From the NCBI GenBank assembly GCA_000004985.1, contig GG738876.1: 64,000 bases of DNA; one strand, written 5' to 3'. The notes below the pieces were generated by a model. The model was not told the DNA's origin. It ran no database searches and worked only from the letters and a program-made list of their open reading frames with translations. Of the stretch, positions 46,520 to 58,720 are shown piece by piece; the first letter of the stretch is position 1, and the number at the start of each line of letters is the position of its first letter. Origin of the DNA: Naegleria gruberi. Its lineage: Eukaryota. The translations under genes and the position numbers were made by a program.

Positions 46520-48465
46520 TTATAAATTTTGAATCCAATCTTTATTACTAGTATCAAACGAAACTATATTCTTCTTAAATGAAGTGGGTGATGATGATTT
46601 AGGTTTGTTGGTTGTTGGAGAAATATTTCCACCGAGTGAAAATGTGAAATTTGTTGATTTTTCTGGTGTTGATACAGATTCTGTGCTTGCACTCTCCCTA
46701 GATGATTTGTAATAATTGGTAAAGCTATCTAATTTTGATGCTTGTTCTGGTTGTACAGATAACGTTCTATCACTTGAGGAATAATCTGTATTATAAGTAC
46801 CAGAGCTAATGTTTAGCCCTGAGCTTAAACCACTATATCCTAGACTTTCAGTGTATCCTTGAGTTATAGATCTACTTTGCTTTGACATTAGAGTATCAAT
46901 CGTAAATTGGTTTTGCTCTATCTTTTTGTGGGCCTCTTTCAAATCAGTATCTTTTTCTTCAAGTTTTTTCTGGATTGATCGCAAATTGGCTTCATATTCT
47001 TGAAGTGCTAAATTTCTCTTTTCTACAGTTTTGGCTAATTGTTGTTTTTCCATTTCCTTCTTCTTGAGTGCGTGTTGGAAACTTTGCATTTTAAGCTTTC
47101 TTTCTTGTTCTTTTTCTTGGTTGTGACTTTCTCTTTGGGCATACTTTTTGATGATGGCATGACACTTCTCAACATCATCTGATTTCTCTTTAACTTCTCT
47201 TTCCAAGTATTCCAATTTTGATTTAAGCTCTGCAATTATTTCTGACTTTGAGAGCTCTTGCTGTTCTTTCTCTTTCAAGTGATCTCCAAGTGTTTTGAGA
47301 GACATTCCTTTTTCTTTCATTAATTCTTCATTTAGTGTGACCCTTGTCTCCAATTCTCTAATCTTCTTTTCATTTTCAAATCGAAGTGAATCCAACTCTC
47401 TATTTTGATCTCTGAGTTTGGTAATTTCATCAAGGTAAGATTTTTTCTCATTTTCAAGCTGAGAGGATCGGCTAGTTATTTGCCTTAAATCATTCTCAAG
47501 TCTGAATTTTTGAGAAATTAATTCATTGTTCTGTGTTCGGTATTCTTCTAATTTTTGGCTTAGTGTTTTGGTTTCAATATCTTTTCTTTCTTCTGTCTCC
47601 TTTTTCTCTGTTTCGAGCTTCGTTTGAAATGAACGAATTTCTTCCATGTGCTTTTCTTTCATTCTTGTAATTTCTTCTTTTAATTTATAGGTGGATGTTG
47701 TTATCTCCTTCTCTTTACTCATTAATAAAGCATTTCTTTCTTCCTTTAGCTCATCCACAACATTTTCCAATTGTTCGATTTTGTGTCTGTAATCCGAATC
47801 AGAATTCTCGAATTTTTGTGTGCTCTCCAATGCTATTTGCTTCCAATATTTAAGTTGATTGGCAAGGTATTCTTTTTTTTGTTCATTAGAGCCTTCAACT
47901 AATTCCAAATGGAATTTCGAGCTTTCACTGAAGGGATCAGAATTAATTATTTCCAAGACCGCTTTTCCTTTTCCTTGATGAATACTTAATTTAATAAACC
48001 AACTATGAAAGCATTAGGAAATTATATTTTGTAGTATACATACTCTTGATTATTGTCAGAATGAGATCCACGACACATTTCAAACATATTTTCGAGGTGA
48101 CTTGTAAATTGGGAAAAGTCTGTCTTAATTCTTTGTGAGGTTTTCATATTTCTATACGCACTCTCATCTATTTGAGCTGTAAAAAGGAAGTAAAGATCGG
48201 AATCATCGGTTAATGTAAATATAAGACTAGAATAATTTGCTGGTTGTTGTTTTTTCATTGATGAAAGGGTTGAAGAAGAGGCTGGAAGGACTGTTGTTGG
48301 AAGGCAAGACGAGTTGCAAGAGATTGTTATTTTAATTGTAAATAACTTTCCCTCGTTGTATGTTTCACCGATCTGGTTACTGTTGCTGCATACTGAAGGG
48401 TCCTTGAATACATAGACAGGAAGGACAGACTCATAGAGAGGTCTAACTTCTGTTGGTTTTTGCAT
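46520..48465 (-). CDS. SAS6: SAS-6 centriolar cartwheel protein. Exons 48465-48044 and 48002-46520, with a 41-nt intron
   Basis: N-terminal PISA-type motif (SLIFTLTDDSDLYFLFTAQIDESAYRNMKTSQRIKTDFSQFTSHLENMFEMC) and a linker (AVLEIINSDPFSESSKFHLEL) match SAS-6, followed by about 400 aa of coiled coil. True ATG at 48463-48465 (the track start is a GTG). Donor GA|GTATGT and acceptor TCATAG|. Confidence 0.85.
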
Positions 48466-48537
48466 TTTTTTTTGCGTTAATTTTGTAGTCCTTCCCGCCA
48501 CCAGATGTTTTGTACAAAGTTTTGGAGGGAAATTTAT

Positions 48538-51500
48538 TTACATGATATCATCGTCCGACAATTCCAAAAGTTTCGATATTTCATCTTTCAAATCTTTAAC
48601 AGAGGATTTTCTTTGGGGAACCTTTGATGTAGTTGTGGTTGACTTCTTAGGTGAAGATTCTGGTGAGGCAAATGAAATCTTCTTCTTTGGCTTTTCCTTG
48701 ACTAGTGGCTTTTCTGATTCTTCATCATCAGAGCTTGACAGCAATCCAAGTTCTTCATCATCTGTACCCTCACTTTCGTATTGGTGGGCTGAAGAAGATC
48801 CAGAAACTGACTTTTTCTTAGCATTTGATTTTCTAACATCTACTTCATCAATGTCAGGAATAAGTGGACTTAATGGTGTTGGTGGATCTTGCATTGTTGG
48901 AATTGGAGATGCGTCAATCATCATGGATGAGCTAGGATCAATATTACTTGTGTTGCTTTTCTTTTTTGGTGTTGAAAATAGAGATTTCTCTTCTCCAATT
49001 TCGATCAAATTTACCTTGAGCTCTGAAGGGTTAGTATTTTTGGTTCTTTCAAACCTCTTAGTACCTTCTGGTGTTGTTGATTCTTGAATTTCTTTTTCAT
49101 CCAATTCATCTAAGAAGAGTTCTAAATCAACTTCCTTCTCAGCAAGTTGATTATTGATTTCCTCCTCTATTGCCTCATCATCAATTACTTCTGGATTTTC
49201 ATCATTCTTTTCTGTTTGTTCTATAATTGCAAGGAATTTCTCTAAATTCTTGATGGATGGTTTGTGGTCGATCTTTTTGATTGCTTTCTCAAGAAGGAGT
49301 TTAATCTTTCTTAAATGTCTCTTGTTAGAGTCAAAGATTTTGAGCGAAGAAAGTTGTTTACAATAGTATTCGCTCTCCTTTGCTTGTGGATTGATAAGAA
49401 TTTCAAAAAGTATGTTAAGTGCTAAATTTTCATGTAAAAGTAGTGTGTCTGGTTTGGTGATTAATTGCTGACTTTCTATCAACTTGTCTGGGTTAGTGAG
49501 TTCAGCAAGATAAGATAACAGCTGGGCAACATTAACCTGGCTTAGATATGAATTCTTCTTAGAGTGAACAACTCTTCTCAAGGAATCCATAACTATTGAT
49601 CCGACCAATTTCATATTCTTGGCAAGGCTATAGGAATAGGCAGGGAGGAAAACAGTAAGACATTGTCTTAATCTATTATCTTTTGATGTTACATTACTGA
49701 ATAGGAGGAGAATCATATCAGATAGAACTTCCTTTGAGTACTCTTCGTCTAACTTACTAGAAAGAAGAAGTTTGGCAAAGCCTTCCACAGTAGTAGCTCT
49801 AATTTGTCTTTCGACATTCGAGAAAATATTCTTTACCTTATCCATCTTTCCTTTCATCTCTGTTTTGCTGAAAATTTTTGGTGCTGAGTGAATGAGAAGT
49901 ATATCAAAAATGGCCTCTAAAATAGCATTGATGCATGAGGTATCAGTTTCAACTGAAAGCATGTTAAATAATTTGTCTATATGTTCTTTTGCAATATCAA
50001 TTCCTAATGCACAGAATTGTCCCAATACTGTTATGGACATCATTCGTAGATATGGATATGTATGAGAAAGGGTTTGTAACACAAGATCGTCAAGCAAATA
50101 AATAAATTGGGATATATCAATTGGATAGTCAGATTGCAGTATGAACTGAGAGGTTATATGAAGAGCTCTAAGCCACATACATATCTCTTCAATATCATTA
50201 GGAAGGTCTTCTTCTTTTAGAATACATAATTCATCTTGTAATTTTTCTTGTTCAGATTTAAGTTCTTGTATTTCATCTCTTTTCTTTTTTGCCTCCAAGT
50301 ATTCCTCTTTTTTAGCAAGTTGATCCTTTTCTTTAGTCAATATTGTTATTTTTGAGAAAATTTCTTGTTTTCTTTCCTCTAGGGATCGAATTTTTTCCTT
50401 CTTTTCAATTTCTCTTCTTTGCCTCTCCTCTCTGCTTTGTTCAGACGAAATACCAGAAGCAACAGTTCTAACCAAGTCAATCTTTGTAAGTACAGTTGTT
50501 TGGAAATCTTCTTGATTAGGGAGAATACTCTTGAGTGCTTCAATGATTTCCTTTACATGAGTCTCAGGTGCTTGGAATACAGATAAAAGCTCGCTCAAAA
50601 GTGAATGAATGTTGGTTCGTCCAACCTCATCACTATAATCTAGATATTTAGAAAGCATTAACAATTGTTTCACAATGAAATCCTCACTACTCTTAATATA
50701 ATTAATAATCAGATGCACAAAATCAGTTATTGAGCTTGGTAAGATCTCTTCAATGGATTGTTTTTGATTAATTAAATATTCACATTTACATCTCCAAAAT
50801 AAAGCCATCTCAGGTGTTAACTTTGTACTGTCTACATGGTCTCCATTTAAAACCAATTTGTCTGATTTGTCTTTTTTTGTTAATATAAGTTTGATTATCT
50901 TTTCACAAGTCTCCTCATATTCCGTAACATCGAGTAAATTTAAAAACTTTTCAATATTGTTGTCATTTTCTTGAAACCATTTCTCAATTAAAAACTTTTC
51001 AACTTGTTCTCTTACAGAAGTATTTCTTTCCTTCAAACCAAAAGAAATAATACTTTCTCTTTGTTGAATACTAAAGTTCTTAATCTTGACTGCAGAGAAA
51101 ATCTTCTCATACGCAGCAGCTCTAACATCCTCTTTTACATCCTTAATTTTTTCTAAAACTGAAGAAAGAGTTTGTTTCAAAAGATAGATTCTTTTTACAG
51201 CCTCCTTTCTTACATCTTTGTTAGTGTCTGTTTTCATCAATCTGATAAACTCATTTGTTATTTCAGGCTCCGTAATTGGTTCTTGAAACTTGTATAATAC
51301 AAGTATTGCCAAAAGTCTAATGCCAGGAACCTTATCACGTAATCTACCCACATATTTTTCCTTGAGTTCATTAATAAAGTCAACATCAACATCATCCTCT
51401 GGTGTGATCTTGTCCATAATTTCGGCAATTATTTGGGCAGTTCTCATTCTAATAGTTTTATCTGTTGCATTGGCGTAACCCAATAAACTGTACATGAGAT

Positions 51501-51882
51501 CAACATCAAAATTTTCTGTTGAATCACGAAGTTTCTTGTTAGTATATTCACAAAACTTTCCGATAAATTTAATTATCAGTTCAACAGGCTTCTCGTTTTT
51601 AGAAACTAATAATACAGGATGTAATACTTCAAAAAACTTTTGGAGAAATGCCGAATAGTTTTCTTCATGTAATTTCGCCAGAACTTCTATACATTTATCA
51701 TGTGAAGCATGTGATTTTTGAGCCTTGTTGAATTGTTTTGCGATCGCCACAAAAGTTGGATCTTTATCTGTTGTCTTTTTCTTCTTTTTTGCTGGCTCGG
51801 AAGAAGACGATGTTGACTTCTTTTTAACAGTCGAAGAAGATGAAGTTTCTTTCTTCTTTTCCTTCTTGTCTTTAGCAGGCAT
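48538..51882 (-). CDS. NCAPG: Condensin complex subunit 3 (CAP-G/NCAPG-like) HEAT-repeat protein, single exon
   Basis: SVREQVEKFLIEKWFQENDNNIEKFLNLLDV and TPEMALFWRCKCEYLINQKQSIEEILPSS align to conserved CAP-G blocks. HEAT-like repeats with DVRKEAVKRI. True ATG at 51882 (the track start is a TTG). K-rich N-terminus and acidic C-terminus. Confidence 0.75.
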   Translation of the reverse strand: MPAKDKKEKKKETSSSSTVKKKSTSSSSEPAKKKKKTTDKDPTFVAIAKQFNKAQKSHASHDKCIEVLAKLHEENYSAFLQKFFEVLHPVLLVSKNEKPVELIIKFIGKFCEYTNKKLRDSTENFDVDLMYSLLGYANATDKTIRMRTAQIIAEIMDKITPEDDVDVDFINELKEKYVGRLRDKVPGIRLLAILVLYKFQEPITEPEITNEFIRLMKTDTNKDVRKEAVKRIYLLKQTLSSVLEKIKDVKEDVRAAAYEKIFSAVKIKNFSIQQRESIISFGLKERNTSVREQVEKFLIEKWFQENDNNIEKFLNLLDVTEYEETCEKIIKLILTKKDKSDKLVLNGDHVDSTKLTPEMALFWRCKCEYLINQKQSIEEILPSSITDFVHLIINYIKSSEDFIVKQLLMLSKYLDYSDEVGRTNIHSLLSELLSVFQAPETHVKEIIEALKSILPNQEDFQTTVLTKIDLVRTVASGISSEQSREERQRREIEKKEKIRSLEERKQEIFSKITILTKEKDQLAKKEEYLEAKKKRDEIQELKSEQEKLQDELCILKEEDLPNDIEEICMWLRALHITSQFILQSDYPIDISQFIYLLDDLVLQTLSHTYPYLRMMSITVLGQFCALGIDIAKEHIDKLFNMLSVETDTSCINAILEAIFDILLIHSAPKIFSKTEMKGKMDKVKNIFSNVERQIRATTVEGFAKLLLSSKLDEEYSKEVLSDMILLLFSNVTSKDNRLRQCLTVFLPAYSYSLAKNMKLVGSIVMDSLRRVVHSKKNSYLSQVNVAQLLSYLAELTNPDKLIESQQLITKPDTLLLHENLALNILFEILINPQAKESEYYCKQLSSLKIFDSNKRHLRKIKLLLEKAIKKIDHKPSIKNLEKFLAIIEQTEKNDENPEVIDDEAIEEEINNQLAEKEVDLELFLDELDEKEIQESTTPEGTKRFERTKNTNPSELKVNLIEIGEEKSLFSTPKKKSNTSNIDPSSSMMIDASPIPTMQDPPTPLSPLIPDIDEVDVRKSNAKKKSVSGSSSAHQYESEGTDDEELGLLSSSDDEESEKPLVKEKPKKKISFASPESSPKKSTTTTSKVPQRKSSVKDLKDEISKLLELSDDDIM

Positions 51883-52232
51883 TTTTTCTTTAATTAACAA
51901 ACATAAATTTATGATTTTCTGGCGGCATTTTTGCTTGATGCAAAAGGCGGGAAAGACCTCTCTTCAATCCCTCCTTTTTACAACTACTATTTTGTGTTTT
52001 AGGCAAAAAAACTACAACTACATTGATCTGCTCTGCTGGTTGTTATTGAAGGTTCTCATAAATCGTATCGTATGAATCAATAGCCTTTTGGGCTCCTAAT
52101 AGATTGCTGCAGAATTTTCTAAGTGATCATACAAACCTAAGGAACCTCTAATTCCAACTTAACCTTATTTATTATTTGTACAAATCTTGTTGTTGTATTA
52201 TATCTTCCCTTTTAATTTATAACTTAGTAATT

Positions 52233-53171
52233 ATGCTCTTTGAACACAGATATATTTCCCCATCTTCGGTGGATGTAATGATGAAAAATCAACTCTATCA
52301 AATTCATAATGCTCGTGGAGGCATTCAAACCTCAACGGAATCATGTTTCAACCAACAACCCGACCATATACACTATATTCAAAATCAATATGGACAGATG
52401 AACATCTCTTCTCATTCCTATGATCATCACTATTCTGAGAATATACCTCAACAACATAATTATTATTACAACAACCATGAGGATATAAATCAACAATTAA
52501 AAACAAACTACCAAAACATTAGAAACGCGAATACAGCCAATGGATTTATTAGCATTTCTGAATTTGCTCCTCTTAATGAAAATCAACCGCCCTTAAAACA
52601 AACTAACCTTAATCAACCAAAGCAATCTAAACCTCCACCTTCAACAACTTCCAAATTATCAGACCCTCCAAAAAGCAATTTAGAACAATACTTTAGCACA
52701 ACTGACTTTAATGATATCGTCGTCCAACAATCTACCAACCAACAACAAACTAATGATAATCAAGCATCTTATAATGGAAAGGACAGATACAAGACAGAGT
52801 TATGTCGATCATGGGAGGAAACTGGATATTGTAGATATGGAGATAAATGCCAGTTTGCTCATGGTAGACATGAATTAAGGTTGGTGACAAGACATCACAA
52901 AGTAAGTTGTAATTGAATGTTTTTTTGTAACCTTAAATAGTACAAAAGTGAGCTTTGCAATAATTACCATTACGAAGGAACTTGTATGTATGGTATAAGA
53001 TGTTGTTTTATCCATTCCATTGATAGATGTGTGATTGGAAGAGCTCTTAGTCAAAATATCGATATGGTTCCAATTCACCAAACTTCACGATTACCAGTTT
53101 TTCAAGATTTAAAACCAACACCCCAACTTACCTCTGCATTCTTGTTTACAAATGAAGCTGTAAATCAGTAA
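52233..53171 (+). CDS. TIS11/tristetraprolin-family tandem CCCH zinc-finger protein. Exons 52233-52901 and 52941-53171, with a 39-nt intron
   Basis: [31 protein letters not shown] in exon 1 and [25 protein letters not shown] in exon 2 are the two C-x8-C-x5-C-x3-H fingers. Donor AAA|GTAAGT and acceptor AAATAG|. True ATG at 52233. Confidence 0.8.
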
Positions 53172-53349
53172 GCAATATCCCCACAATTGATCTAACTTAA
53201 TTTATTGGAATTTTGTAATCTATATAGATTTCCTAATTTATGGAGAATGAAAAATCATTTCTCATCCTATTTATTTATTCCCTCATCATCAAAATACAAT
53301 ATAAATACTCATCAATCTAATAAATAAAATAATTATTTATACTATTGAA

Positions 53350-53727
53350 TTATTTCTTTGTGAAAGCAACTTCCTTTGATCCGTCATCATAGTGATATTC
53401 GAAAACAGCACCAACATCATCATTACCAGTTTGTTTTTCATTGAAATATAAATGTTTAAGTCTAGAATCAACAAATGGATAGGCATTGGCAGCATCAACA
53501 TTGAAGGCCTTGTATCCGAAGTAAGTAACCAAAGGGAGGAAAGGAGCTAAAATTATTCATCACATCAATTAAAATTCCAAATATTATTTTCCAATAAACC
53601 TACCAGCAATAAAGTAAGCAAGTGAGTAGAAGGCACTTGGTTCAGACTTTTCAAATCCTCTCCATCCGTTATCATAATAAGTCAAATCACGGAAGATGCC
53701 GAGCTTGGATACGAATTTATGTCTCAT
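53350..53727 (-). CDS. Small (about 106 aa) membrane protein of unknown family, possibly a mitochondrial respiratory-complex accessory subunit. Exons 53727-53604 and 53546-53350
   Basis: ATG at 53727. One hydrophobic segment (FYSLAYFIAGAPFLPLVTYFGY). GTAGGT donor (phase 1), 57-nt intron, TTTTAG acceptor. No confident homologue. Confidence 0.45.
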
Positions 53728-53931
53728 TTTTGTATTTTTTATTTAAAATTTCCAATAGTATTTTTTAATTAAACAATTCGATTAATTATTGTGATTCACA
53801 AACGATTTCATGCAACAATCAGGGCAAGAAGAGAATGTTCTTTAACATCATCAACAAAGATTCAAGATGAATTAAAATTCAATATCGGAATGGTTTTTAT
53901 GCAATTTCAAATTTTTACTTGCCGTTAAAAA

Positions 53932-54366
53932 ATGAGACTCCTTGTTCATAACATGATGTGTTGTTTAAAGTGTGACACATTCCCACTTAAAATTGAAGCA
54001 ACCGAAGTTGAAAATGAAGAACAAGAAGACAATAAGGAATTTATTTTAAATATGTTGCAAAGAGTTGATTATGAAGCATTAAAAGGTGCCGCAAAGGATG
54101 TATGTATTTTGAAAAAAAGAAAAATTAATTAATTCCGATTATGTTTTGATTAGCTTTCTATTGAAGGTTTACCTGATATTTTACCAGAAAATGTTGGAGA
54201 AAATGAAGCTGCTATGAAATCATTGCATAAACTTCTTTTGGAATTGCAAGTTAAGAATGGAGATTTGGTTTGTACTAATCCACAATGTGGAAGAAGATAT
54301 CCAATCAAGGATAGAATACCGAACATGGTTTTGAGAGATGATGAAGTTATGGAACTGAAAAAGTAA
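53932..54366 (+). CDS. TRM112: Trm112 (methyltransferase activator subunit). Exons 53932-54099 and 54154-54366, with a 54-nt intron
   Basis: MRLLVHNMMCCLKCDTFPLKIEATEV...LVCTNPQCGRRYPIKDRIPNMVL matches Trm112 including the zinc-knuckle-like C...C..C..C pattern. Donor GAT|GTATGT and acceptor GATTAG|. Confidence 0.8.
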
Positions 54367-54395
54367 ATAAATTGGAAAATAATTATTTATCTAGC

Positions 54396-56109
54396 TCAAT
54401 ATTTTCTTCTTCTGAAATCATTCAAATCATCATATTTTGGTTTCTCAAAGTGTACAAAGTCATGTATTGGTGTTTCATCTCCAAGCACCTTACCAACTTT
54501 TTTATCATTGAATCTCATGTAATGATAATTCATAGTTCTAACAAAGAATTTAAGAGTATCACCATGGTAGGTCACTGAATAGGAAACAGCTGGCTCTAAA
54601 AATTGCTTGAAACTTTGATTTTGAACCCAAGATAATGATGGCATGCTTTTTTCAACTGCTGGTGTGGCAGTAAAAGATGGTCCAATAGTGTTTTGGAAGC
54701 ATTTTACAAAGATATTGTAAATATCACCAAAGTAAAAGTTTGCTACATCTGTATAACATCTTCTACCTATTGCAGCTAAAAAGTATATGCAAATTTTACG
54801 CTTTCTAAAAGTATGGTCCAATACTAAACTACTAAATGTTCCATTGTAAAAGAGCTCATTAATTATTCTCAAATCAACAAAGGATGAAAAACATTTGACA
54901 AGCAAGAAGAATTTAAAATCAAGTGATGCAGACCTGAGGTGTCTTGCATATTTTCTCACAATATTCAATCCTAGATCAGGAAAACATGTTGTTCTTAACA
55001 ACATGTGAATTGGAGAGTTATTTGGAATAAAACCTTGAACGGTTATTGGAATCAAACAATAATTTCTACATACAGTCGGTTAGGATAGGGGTTTCTACTT
55101 TGTAAGCAATTGATTCCTCAATGAAAAATTCTAACAATTTGCCATATATTTTTTCAATGTTTTTCATATCAGGTATTTTTTTTGAAAGTTTGTAAACTCC
55201 AGTAGTAATTTGAGAAAATACTGAGGATTTGGAAGTGTGATATTTTCCGTTTGAGTAATACTTGAATTGAAACTTGAAATTTTTGAACATGGCCTCTCTT
55301 CTTAATTCTGGTTCTAAGCTTTTAAACCCTTCATAAATGTCTGTAAGATATTGTTCAAATTCTTGATTTGTTAGAGGAGTGCCACGATACCTTCTGTTAT
55401 TTGACGGAATTTTGGAAACTCTTACTGCCATATGCTTGGTAGAACTCTTGAGGGATGAGTATGAACTCTGGACGTGATATCCATTCCAAATCTGTTTCCA
55501 TTTTGGGTGTTTTTTCCTTTGCTTTTCAACTTGTTTTTCCATATCGAGAATAAAATCATTTGTTGTTTTCTCTAATTGTGCATTTTCTTTTTCACTAATC
55601 AATTTTAATCTCTCTATATCATCTAGTGTTGTGTCATGATTACCGAGGTCTGGAATAAAGACTGTATTTGATGAGAAGGAGCGAGTGATAGCCTTTTTAA
55701 TTCTTTCATATAGAGATGGATCTTCTTTGAACCAACGTGAAAACAAATACTTTGCTCTAATAGTGCAGTGTTTGAGATTTTCTCTCATTTGTTTAGAAGA
55801 TAAACCTGCAGGGCTATTATTGTTTCTAGCAATAGCAGGAAGTCCAGTTCTTCTATTGTTGTGTCGATAATAATATCTCTCTGACATTTCCTTTCTATTC
55901 TCAATTGATTCAAGAGCATTGTCCAAATCTGATCTCATTTTAACTTCACATAAATATCTGTAAATAGAATTATGATCATCTTCCGTTTCCAACAATCGTA
56001 AGGCAAGATTTTGACTAATAGAAAGGGAATATTTTTTCACTTCACTGATACTCAAATATCCAAATATATGTATCCAACAATCATTAGGCAAGTCATCGAA
56101 AATGTTCAT
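54396..56109 (-). CDS. F-box protein (about 560 aa). Exons 56109-55074 and 55033-54396, with a 40-nt intron
   Basis: N-terminus MNIFDDLPNDCWIHIFGYLSISEVKKYSLSISQNLALRL is an F-box. Donor GAC T|GTATGT (phase 1) and acceptor TTCAAG| join the two ORFs in frame. Confidence 0.65.
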
Positions 56110-56245
56110 GATTAGTCGGCTCCCAGATGTGTCCTGTTATTTTTTTTATGTTATTTTTGGATTCCGATTTTTTTAATGAACTTGCAAATTCGGCACCGGG
56201 ATTGGTTTTAATTACAATGAATTTTATTTGCATGAAAAACATAAA

Positions 56246-57363
56246 TTAATGGTTGACTGTATTTTGGGAAGAGTCGTTGCGTGTGGGTTGAATTTTAGAG
56301 AGGTTTTTGAGGAAGGAAAGAACATCAGAGGGATCTTTGAGTGAATATTTGGCGAATGTTGTGGAAAGTATTTCTGTGGAATTTGGTTGTGAGATGATTT
56401 GAACATCTTGCATGTTGGTATTTTCAGTTGTACCTATTTGTGGCCTTTCTTCACTTTGAGGGGAGACAAGGATGCCAACACCAAGAGAATTATCCAACAA
56501 GTACTTGAAACCATCCTCATCAGTCTTGTCATCTCCAACAAAGATGGCAAACACTTTATCTGGAGATGTTAAATTCCAATATTCCAATAGTTTCATAATT
56601 GCCTTTCCTTTGTGCCAATCAAGATTGATTCTTATCTCAAAAACCTTCTTTCCGTGAGTGACTTTTACCATTCCTTTTTGCTCGTTCGCAATACTCTGAA
56701 TAATTTCTTCAATCTTTGAAACCATTAATTCTGATTCGATTAGTCTGTAATGAACAGAAAGGGAAAATATGTTATTTTCCAATATGCAACCTTTGATTTT
56801 TCCTAATTCTTGACTGAGTTTTTCAAACATTTGATTGAGAATTGGTACAAAATTATTAGCAACTTGAAAGGTAATATATTGTTTACCTCCTAATGAAGTG
56901 TCAGTTTCCAACGTCCATTCAATATTTTCCTTAACTGCTTTAGATACCTTTTGTTCGGTTCCTCCACTTGTTATTGTGAGAGGTTCGTCACTTTTAATTG
57001 GACCTGAAATATCAAAACCATGAGAACCAGCATAGAATAAATCTGGAATGTCAACTCGTGATTTAACATCCTTTTTAGTTCTACCTGAGACAATAGCAAT
57101 TTTTAAATCTTCTGATAAACATTTAATTGCCTGTCTGGCATCATTTGAGAGAATTGCTTGATCAGGCCTTTCTGTTGCGAATACTCTGAATCAATAAATC
57201 AATAGAATTGCATAATAAACATACCAACAATTGGAGTCAAAGTGCCGTCATAATCCAAGAAGAGTACAAGTGTTTTTATGGTTTGAATGTTTCCAAGAAA
57301 AGATAGAAATGCGTTCGAGTTAGCACTGGGAATGACGGCCTTCTTTAAAACATTTTGAATCAT
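56246..57363 (-). CDS. Trehalose-6-phosphate phosphatase (HAD family), stand-alone. Exons 57363-57225 and 57171-56246, with a 53-nt intron
   Basis: HAD motif I LFLDYDGTLTPIV in exon 1. Exon 2 has IAIVSGRTKKDV, YAGSHGFDI and IFVGDDKTDEDGF, the TPP signature. Donor GTT G|GTATGT and acceptor CAACAG|. Confidence 0.85.
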
Positions 57364-57472
57364 TTTTTAGCAATTTAATATTAAAACAACAAAACCCAAA
57401 TTATTAATTAATCAAAATTCCAATTATGGAAAATGGTTTACTCATGATAACAAAAGTGAAGAATTACTTGTT

Positions 57473-58315
57473 TTAAAAAACAAATTTTAAGGAACAAGGC
57501 ACATCTGGAGCCTTTCTAACATTTGATGTTTTGTGAAGGGTAATTCTCTTAGTTAAAGTCTTTTCAGGTGTTGACAACTTTACCTTACTTTCATTAATTA
57601 ATCGTGTTGGGATTGCAGTTTGTCGCACAGTAGTGGTATTCTCGAATGTGAGTCTCTTTGAGACAGTTGTTAAATCTTCATCAGCTTCTTCCTTGACAAG
57701 AGATAGATTTTGCATTGGTGAAATCATCTTTCGTTTAAAGAGTTGCTTAGTTTTTTGGGATTGGGGAGTTTTTGGAATTGTTTTTGTTGATTGTTCGTAA
57801 TTACAGTTAAAGGAAGAATTGGATTGGGTAGAAAGGATAGAGGTAGTATTAATTACAATGGAGGAGCTTAGGTTGGTTAAAGTTATAGGATGGTGCACTG
57901 GATTTTCCTTGTTAGCCTCAGTATTTGCTGTCAAGTTGTTTAAATCAATTGTCTTGATATGTTGAGGACTTGATTTGTCAGGTTGCAAAGCAATTCTTTC
58001 GGAATGACTGAAGGTACTATCACTTATGGATTGAATTTGATCCGAATTTAGAGACAACCTATTCATAGACTCAGAGAGTGAAGTCTTTGGTGTTGGCTGC
58101 TGACTTTGTTTCATTCTTTCAAGTTGTTCTCGTCTCTCACGTTCCATTTTGTTCAAAATATGAAGCTTTTTAGGCTTTCTATTAAATGTTCCAGGAGAAT
58201 TTCTGTATTGTGTATTATTGTTGGATGTACATTTGTTTGGTGAAGATGATGTACCTAAACTCTCGGTCTGTGTTGATTGTTGAGTAAGTTCATCATTTAT
58301 GCTTGTACATACCAT
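57473..58315 (-). CDS. Hypothetical Ser/Thr/Asn-rich 280-aa protein
   Basis: ATG at 58315. No motif recognised. Confidence 0.45.
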   Translation of the reverse strand: MVCTSINDELTQQSTQTESLGTSSSPNKCTSNNNTQYRNSPGTFNRKPKKLHILNKMERERREQLERMKQSQQPTPKTSLSESMNRLSLNSDQIQSISDSTFSHSERIALQPDKSSPQHIKTIDLNNLTANTEANKENPVHHPITLTNLSSSIVINTTSILSTQSNSSFNCNYEQSTKTIPKTPQSQKTKQLFKRKMISPMQNLSLVKEEADEDLTTVSKRLTFENTTTVRQTAIPTRLINESKVKLSTPEKTLTKRITLHKTSNVRKAPDVPCSLKFVF

Positions 58316-58720
58316 TCTACTCGCGGCAAGGGTATTGTTGTCAAGAACTTTTTTCTTGGATTGTTTAATAAATTGTTATCAAAAAGTGGCGGCAAATTTA
58401 AAAGTTACAACATTAAACATCATTAACGTTAATATTTTTGAATTAGCGGGAAATGAGATTTATAACGAAGGATTGTCTGTTAACGACATTAATTTACAAT
58501 TGTCAAAGAGTACATTAAAGAATGTCAACCGAATAGACCATCACTCAATGGTCATGGTTTGACAAACTATTCTACCGAAACTTCACAAGAAATCACTCTT
58601 TGATAAATTAATTCTTTTCCACTTTGGAATTATGCTATTTTGGCTGTTGTCTCTTTATTTTGAATCACAACACGCGCCAAATTTATTTACGGCACAACTG
58701 ATTTTAAAATATTAAAAAAA

